Of a stretch of 64,000 bases of DNA, positions 59,389 through 64,000 are shown in pieces. How positions within the stretch are numbered: the first letter of the stretch is position 1; each line of letters opens with the position of its first letter. Both the position numbers and the translations under genes were made by a program. This DNA is from Salinivirgaceae bacterium. GTDB taxonomy: Bacteria; Bacteroidota; Bacteroidia; Bacteroidales; SZUA-534. The notes below the pieces were generated by a model. That model did no database searches. It had not been told where the DNA came from and saw only the letters and a list, made by a program, of their open reading frames with translations. The DNA lies in the NCBI GenBank assembly GCA_017557605.1, contig JAFYYJ010000109.1, forward strand, positions 791 to 64,790, given 5' to 3'.

Positions 59389-60186
59389 ATGAATTTCGAC
59401 GGAAAGACATTCTGGATAACCGGTGCATCGTCGGGTATTGGCGAGGGTGTGGCTTACGAATTGGCTAAATACCGCACGCATCTGATTTTATCGGGGCGGA
59501 ACAACGAGGCGCTTGCCCGCGTTGCCGACCGTTGTCAGACACTTGGCGCCGCCACCCGCATCGAAGCTTTCGACCTGACCGATTATGACCGTATGCAGGC
59601 ATCAGTTGACAGCGTTCTAGCTGACGGCGTGAAAATCGACGGTCTGATGAACTTTGGAGGCATCAGTCAGCGCTCGCTTGCCGCAGAGACACCCGTCGAA
59701 ATCGACCGTAAGGTAATGGAAATCAACTTTTTCGGCACTATTGCAATCACAAAGGCCTTGCTACCGCATTTTATAGCTAACGGCGGCGGACTGATTGTGG
59801 TAACTTCAAGTGTTGTAGGCAAATACGGCATCACATTCCGTTCTGCCTACTCTGCGTCGAAGCACGCGTTGCACGGCTTTTTCGAGAGTCTGCGTGCTGA
59901 AACCGCCGACAAGAATATTCAAATCACTATTCTTGAACCAGGCCGTATTGCCACAAACGTGTCGCTTAACGCCATTACCAAAACCGGCGAAAAATATGGT
60001 ATTATGGACAAGGGCCAGGCTGCGGGAATGTCTGCTGAAGAGTCGGCGCGGATTATACTGCGGGCTGTCCGTCGGGGAAAAAAGGAAGTCCTTTACGGCG
60101 GCAAAGCCACACTGCTGGTTCACATCCGTAAGTGGTTCCCAGGGTTGTTCTATTTCCTGGCATCGAGAGTTGATTCAACAAAATGA
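59389..60186 (+). CDS. SDR family oxidoreductase
   Basis: TGASSGIGEG cofactor motif and YSASKHAL catalytic motif. Confidence 0.88.
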   Translation: MNFDGKTFWITGASSGIGEGVAYELAKYRTHLILSGRNNEALARVADRCQTLGAATRIEAFDLTDYDRMQASVDSVLADGVKIDGLMNFGGISQRSLAAETPVEIDRKVMEINFFGTIAITKALLPHFIANGGGLIVVTSSVVGKYGITFRSAYSASKHALHGFFESLRAETADKNIQITILEPGRIATNVSLNAITKTGEKYGIMDKGQAAGMSAEESARIILRAVRRGKKEVLYGGKATLLVHIRKWFPGLFYFLASRVDSTK

Positions 60187-60294
60187 CAACGTAAACAAAA
60201 ACTGAAACGCAAACTATTTCAACACGTTAAATAGCGATGCGTTTCAACTCATTAAACTCTAAACTTAGAACTTAAAAACTTATAACTTAAGAAT

Positions 60295-61362
60295 ATGAGT
60301 CATCAAATCAATGGAATACAGCAAATGGGCGTCGGAGTGCCTGACGTGATAAAAGGCTGGGAGTGGTATAACAAGAATTTCGGAATGGATGTCAAGATTT
60401 TTGACGAGGAGGCTGTTGCAAAGCTGATGCTGCCTCACACCGGAGGTCAGACTCGCGCCCGCCGTGCCATTTATGCGCTTAACATGCAGGGTGGCGGTGG
60501 TTTCGAAATTTGGCAGCACACCGGCAAAACTCCCGAAATGCCCAAGTTCGAAATACAAATAGGTGACCTTGGAATCTGCATCGCCAAAATGAAGAGTGCC
60601 GATATTCATCTCACTTACAACACATTCAGCAAACGCGGTTTGAATATTCTGACAGCTGTGGAGAAGGACCCGGCCGGCAACGAGCATTTCTATGTGAAAG
60701 ATTTGTTCGACAATCTGTGGGAGTTTGTTCAGGAGCCGTCAGTGTTTACCAAAACCAAAGCCGCCAACGGTGGAGTTTTTGGTGGCGTGATAGGCGTTAA
60801 GAATGTTGAGGACAGCATGGTTGTCTATCGCGACATTCTGGGCTACAACAAGGTTGTTTACGATAAGGAGGATGTATTCACCGATTGGGGCGGCGTTCCG
60901 GGAGGAAATAACCGCTACCGTCGCGTGCTTCTTGCGCGTACCGATACACCGCACGGAGCGTTTTCGCCAATCTTCGGAACATCACAGATAGAGCTTGTCC
61001 AAGTTCTTGACCGTGAGCCGAAAAGCATATTCGAAGGCCGCATTTGGGGCGACCCAGGCTACATTCAGATTTGCTACGACATTGCCGGAACCGACGAGTT
61101 GCGCGAGTTTGTGAAATCGAAAGGTTTCCCGTTCACTGTCGACAGCACGCAAGCCGCCGATACCTTTGATATGGGTGAGGCCGCCGGAAATTTCGCCTAC
61201 ATTCAGGCACCCGAGGGCACTCTGCTCGAATTTGTCGAGACGCACAAGGTGCCAATCGCCAAAAAGTTTGGTATTGTAATTGACTTGAAAAAGCGCGGAA
61301 TGGACAAACCATTGCCAAAATGGCTGCTGAAAATGTTCGCCGTAAAACGTGTGAAAATGTGA
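60295..61362 (+). CDS. VOC (glyoxalase/bleomycin-resistance/dioxygenase) superfamily protein, two-domain
   Basis: 355 aa with repeated beta-alpha-beta-beta-beta-like halves (GIQQMGVGVPDV..., GGVIGVKNVEDS...). The assignment is by overall resemblance only. Confidence 0.45.
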   Translation: MSHQINGIQQMGVGVPDVIKGWEWYNKNFGMDVKIFDEEAVAKLMLPHTGGQTRARRAIYALNMQGGGGFEIWQHTGKTPEMPKFEIQIGDLGICIAKMKSADIHLTYNTFSKRGLNILTAVEKDPAGNEHFYVKDLFDNLWEFVQEPSVFTKTKAANGGVFGGVIGVKNVEDSMVVYRDILGYNKVVYDKEDVFTDWGGVPGGNNRYRRVLLARTDTPHGAFSPIFGTSQIELVQVLDREPKSIFEGRIWGDPGYIQICYDIAGTDELREFVKSKGFPFTVDSTQAADTFDMGEAAGNFAYIQAPEGTLLEFVETHKVPIAKKFGIVIDLKKRGMDKPLPKWLLKMFAVKRVKM

Positions 61363-61442
61363 GAAATGGCGGTTTGAAAATTCGCTCAATTAATTTAAAT
61401 TTGCAGCCTAATTTTTAAGAATAATCACATTTATAAACAGTT

Positions 61443-62006
61443 ATGGCAGATACTTCAGATTTACGTAATGGCCTGTGCATCGAACTCGATGGCAAACTCT
61501 ACACAGTTGTGAATTTCCTTCACGTTAAACCAGGCAAAGGCCCCGCTTTCGTCCGCACCAAGCTCAAAAACCTTGAGAACGGCAAAACTATCGATTACAT
61601 CTTCCACGGCGATAACAAGATTAAGACTGTACGCATCGAGCGCCGTCAGTATCAGTATCTTTATCGCGACGGCGAGAGTTTCGTGTTTATGAACACCGAG
61701 ACTTACGACCAGGTTAATATCGAAGGTGACCTTATTGAAAACAACGACCTTATGAAGGAAGGCCAGATAGTAGATATCACTTTCCATGCCGAGACAGAGA
61801 AACCGCTGCAGGCTGAGATGCCGCCATACGTTGAGTTGGAGGTAACTTATACTGAACCGGGCGTTAAGGGCGATACGGCAACCAACGCAATGAAACCGGC
61901 AACCGTTGAGACCGGCGCCACAGTTATGGTTCCGTTGTTCATCAACGCAGGCGAGCGCATCAAGGTCGATACACGCGACCGCAGCTATGGTGAGCGTATT
62001 AAATAA
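61443..62006 (+). CDS. efp: elongation factor P
   Basis: 187 aa; HVKPGKGPAFVRTKLKNL and C-terminal OB domains. Confidence 0.96.
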   Translation: MADTSDLRNGLCIELDGKLYTVVNFLHVKPGKGPAFVRTKLKNLENGKTIDYIFHGDNKIKTVRIERRQYQYLYRDGESFVFMNTETYDQVNIEGDLIENNDLMKEGQIVDITFHAETEKPLQAEMPPYVELEVTYTEPGVKGDTATNAMKPATVETGATVMVPLFINAGERIKVDTRDRSYGERIK

Positions 62007-62030
62007 TTGGTAACAAACCAAATATGCATA

Positions 62031-62061
62031 AAACACCGGCTCATCACCGGTGTTTTTTTTG
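62031..62061 (+). terminator. rho-independent terminator after efp
   Basis: Hairpin acaccgg-ctcatca-ccggtgt followed by ttttttt. Confidence 0.75.
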
Positions 62062-62187
62062 TTTGCCTATTATGTGGTGTCGCACTAAAATTTAGCCGAT
62101 TATGTGCGTAAAAACTCGTAACTGTTTAAAAAACTGATACTATAATCGGCGAATTGCTATATTAGCAACTTGATAAACACTATTATC

Positions 62188-63420
62188 ATGGAAGGAAAAG
62201 CATCGCTTAGCCGTCTGCAATTGAGCAACTTCAAGTTAAATGTGCTTCTGCAGGTTACGCTGGCTATAAACGAGAATACTCCGGTTGACCAGCTGCTGGA
62301 AAAGTTCCGCACTATTCTGTGCGACGACCTGAATATAGGCAAAGTACTGATGTTCAGCTACAATCAGAAGTGGCGCCGCATATTGATGTCGGGTGTCGAC
62401 AGGGCAGTTGCCGACGGCATCCGCGTTGAGAACGACTTGCAGTATTACAAACAGATAACCAACCTGACGGCATCTCTGAATCCGAATTTGGCGCAGTTCG
62501 ACACAATAATTCCGGTTTATCACCACGAGCGCCCAATCGCATATGTCATTATTGGCGATATTGAGGAGGAAGGCCTTGGTATGAGTCCGACAATCAAGCA
62601 CTTGTATTTTATACAGACGCTTGCAAACATTATTATGGTTGCTATCGAGAACCGAAATCTGTTTAACGAGAATGTTCGCCAGGAGGGTATAAAAAAGGAG
62701 CTCGAGCTGGCTTCGCGTATGCAGACGATGCTTATCCCGAATCCGGCCACGCTGCCTAACAACGACCTCCTGCACGTATCGGCCTACTATCTGCCGCACT
62801 TCGATGTGGGCGGTGACTATTACGATTGGATTAAGCTGAACGACAGCGAGTTCTGCTTCTGCATAGCCGATGTGTCGGGAAAAGGTATTTCGGCGGCGTT
62901 GCTGATGTCGAATTTCCAAGCCAACCTGCGCGCCTTGACAGGTGCCAAAATGTCAATATCAGAGATTGTCAATAAGTTGAATGCCAAGGTAATAGAGAAT
63001 GTGAATGGAGAGAAGTTCATTACGCTGTTCATTGGTTTTTACAACACCGATACGCACAAACTCACTTATATCAACGCGGGACACAATCCACCGATTTATT
63101 TCGATGCGGCTTCGGGCGAAGTGTCGCAGCTGATGCTTGGCTGCATGGGCATCGGAATGCTTGACGAGATTCCAAAAATCAATATCGGTGAGATTGCGGT
63201 TAATCCTGGCAGTCGAATCATCTGCTTCACCGACGGCACGGTGGAGATTGAAAATTCAGAGCGCAAGGCCTTCGGAACCGAGCCTATTGAACAGTTGATT
63301 AAGAGAGATGATGAAATTGACAAGCTGATTGACAAGCTGATTGACAAGCTTGACAAGCACAAAGGTCCCGAAGGCGACTTTTTCGACGACATCACAATAC
63401 TTGGTATCGAGTTTAAGTAG
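62188..63420 (+). CDS. GAF-like sensor plus PP2C/SpoIIE-family serine phosphatase
   Basis: C-terminal PP2C blocks GGDYYDW, ADVSGKGISAALLMS, NAGHNPP and FTDGTVE. I prefer the ATG at 62188 over the track's TTG at 62170. Confidence 0.8.
   Translation: MEGKASLSRLQLSNFKLNVLLQVTLAINENTPVDQLLEKFRTILCDDLNIGKVLMFSYNQKWRRILMSGVDRAVADGIRVENDLQYYKQITNLTASLNPNLAQFDTIIPVYHHERPIAYVIIGDIEEEGLGMSPTIKHLYFIQTLANIIMVAIENRNLFNENVRQEGIKKELELASRMQTMLIPNPATLPNNDLLHVSAYYLPHFDVGGDYYDWIKLNDSEFCFCIADVSGKGISAALLMSNFQANLRALTGAKMSISEIVNKLNAKVIENVNGEKFITLFIGFYNTDTHKLTYINAGHNPPIYFDAASGEVSQLMLGCMGIGMLDEIPKINIGEIAVNPGSRIICFTDGTVEIENSERKAFGTEPIEQLIKRDDEIDKLIDKLIDKLDKHKGPEGDFFDDITILGIEFK
63316..63358 (+). repeat. 12-nt tandem repeat (about 3.5 copies of attgacaagctg) inside the phosphatase gene
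   Basis: Read directly from the sequence; it encodes IDKLIDKLIDKLDK. Confidence 0.9.
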
Positions 63421-63450
63421 TGGTGTCTGGAATAACGCAAAAGATTGAAA

Positions 63451-64000
63451 ATGAATAATAACACGCCGAAAACAAAGATTGTCAACGACCCCGTGTTGGG
63501 GCTTATCGATTTTTCGTCGCCCTTGATTTTGGCACTAATGGAGCACCCGTGGCTTCAGCGTTTGCGCCGAATCAAACAGTTGGGAATGAGCGATATGGTC
63601 TACCCTGGAGCGCAGCACACGCGTTTTCTGCACACCATTGGGGCGACATCGCTTATGCGGCTTGCCATTGACACGCTGCGGATGAAAGGCGCCGAAATAA
63701 CCGACCACGAGGCGGAAAGCGCCATGGCGGCCATAATGCTGCACGACATTGGTCACTGCCCGTTCTCGCACGCGCTCGAGTATCACATTGCCGATGTTTG
63801 CCACGAGGATATCTCGCTGGTTTTCATGCAGGAACTGAACAAGCAGATGGGCGGCAAACTCGACACTGCGATTGAAATCTTCACAGGCGTTTATCCGAAG
63901 AAGTATCTGTCACAATTGGTCTCTGGCCAACTCGATGTTGACCGTCTCGACTATCTGCGCCGCGATAGTTTTTTCACCGGTGTGACCGAAGGCATTGTCA
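63451..64000 (+). CDS. HD domain-containing phosphohydrolase (N-terminal part; runs off the right edge)
   Basis: My own translation from the ATG at 63451 reads MNNNTPKTKIVNDPVLGLIDF...HTRFLHTIG...LHDIGHCPFSH...DVDRLDYLRRDS, which gives H...HD...D metal ligands of the COG1078-like type. Confidence 0.8.
   Translation, partial: MNNNTPKTKIVNDPVLGLIDFSSPLILALMEHPWLQRLRRIKQLGMSDMVYPGAQHTRFLHTIGATSLMRLAIDTLRMKGAEITDHEAESAMAAIMLHDIGHCPFSHALEYHIADVCHEDISLVFMQELNKQMGGKLDTAIEIFTGVYPKKYLSQLVSGQLDVDRLDYLRRDSFFTGVTEGIV

Noticed and set aside
58915-62919. Long minus-strand ORFs 58915..59481, 60280..60687, 60982..61389, 61461..62036 and 62236..62919.
   Set aside because: Each is antisense to a well-supported plus-strand gene (FKBP, VOC, efp, SpoIIE phosphatase) and lacks motifs. 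The one covering efp mirrors it almost exactly end to end, a typical shadow.
63316-63358. Whether the 12-nt tandem repeat could be a CRISPR-like or regulatory array.
   Set aside because: The repeats are contiguous with no spacers, in frame and inside a coding region. This is a microsatellite, not a CRISPR array.

Overview
The window looks like a Bacteroidota (Bacteroidales-like) chromosome segment. Supporting signs are the parA-parB-DUF5683-lytic transglycosylase gene order, a ribosomal superoperon with no tuf between fusA and rpsJ, a tmRNA whose tag reads GENSYALAA, and TAnnTTTG-type promoter boxes.

Layout:
- 1-17.3 kb: housekeeping genes, mostly on the minus strand (COG1579 zinc-ribbon protein, Nif3, RarA, an HTH-less sigma-54 response regulator, Ppx/GppA, an ABC-2 exporter pair, SGNH hydrolase, LysM lytic transglycosylase, ParAB, a THUMP methyltransferase).
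- 17.6-24.8 kb: two tandem paralogous modules, each a small YfiR-like (DUF4154) periplasmic protein followed by a large TonB-dependent receptor.
- 25.0-42.0 kb: the str/S10/spc/alpha ribosomal superoperon, rpsL to rplQ. It includes rpmJ, which the ORF track misses. There is no map gene between secY and infA.
- 42.2-46.3 kb: a GH9-like glycoside hydrolase, a PolB-type 3'-5' exonuclease and the tmRNA gene (ssrA).
- 46.5-57.7 kb: an AT-rich accessory block directly downstream of ssrA. It carries a tightly coupled operon: XRE regulator, GIY-YIG protein, m5C DNA methyltransferase, an unknown 229-aa protein, a GHKL (paraMORC-like) ATPase, a P-loop/Z1 protein, a PD-(D/E)XK (DUF4420-like) protein and an AIPR protein.
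- 57.8-64.0 kb: housekeeping again (MutT/Nudix, FKBP isomerase, SDR, VOC protein, efp, SpoIIE-type phosphatase, HD-domain protein).

The methyltransferase-linked operon is the best candidate for a poorly understood or undescribed defence system.

No CRISPR array, rRNA, tRNA, integrase or transposase was seen. All calls rest on reading the translations and sequence by eye (motifs, gene order, hairpins). No database search was possible.
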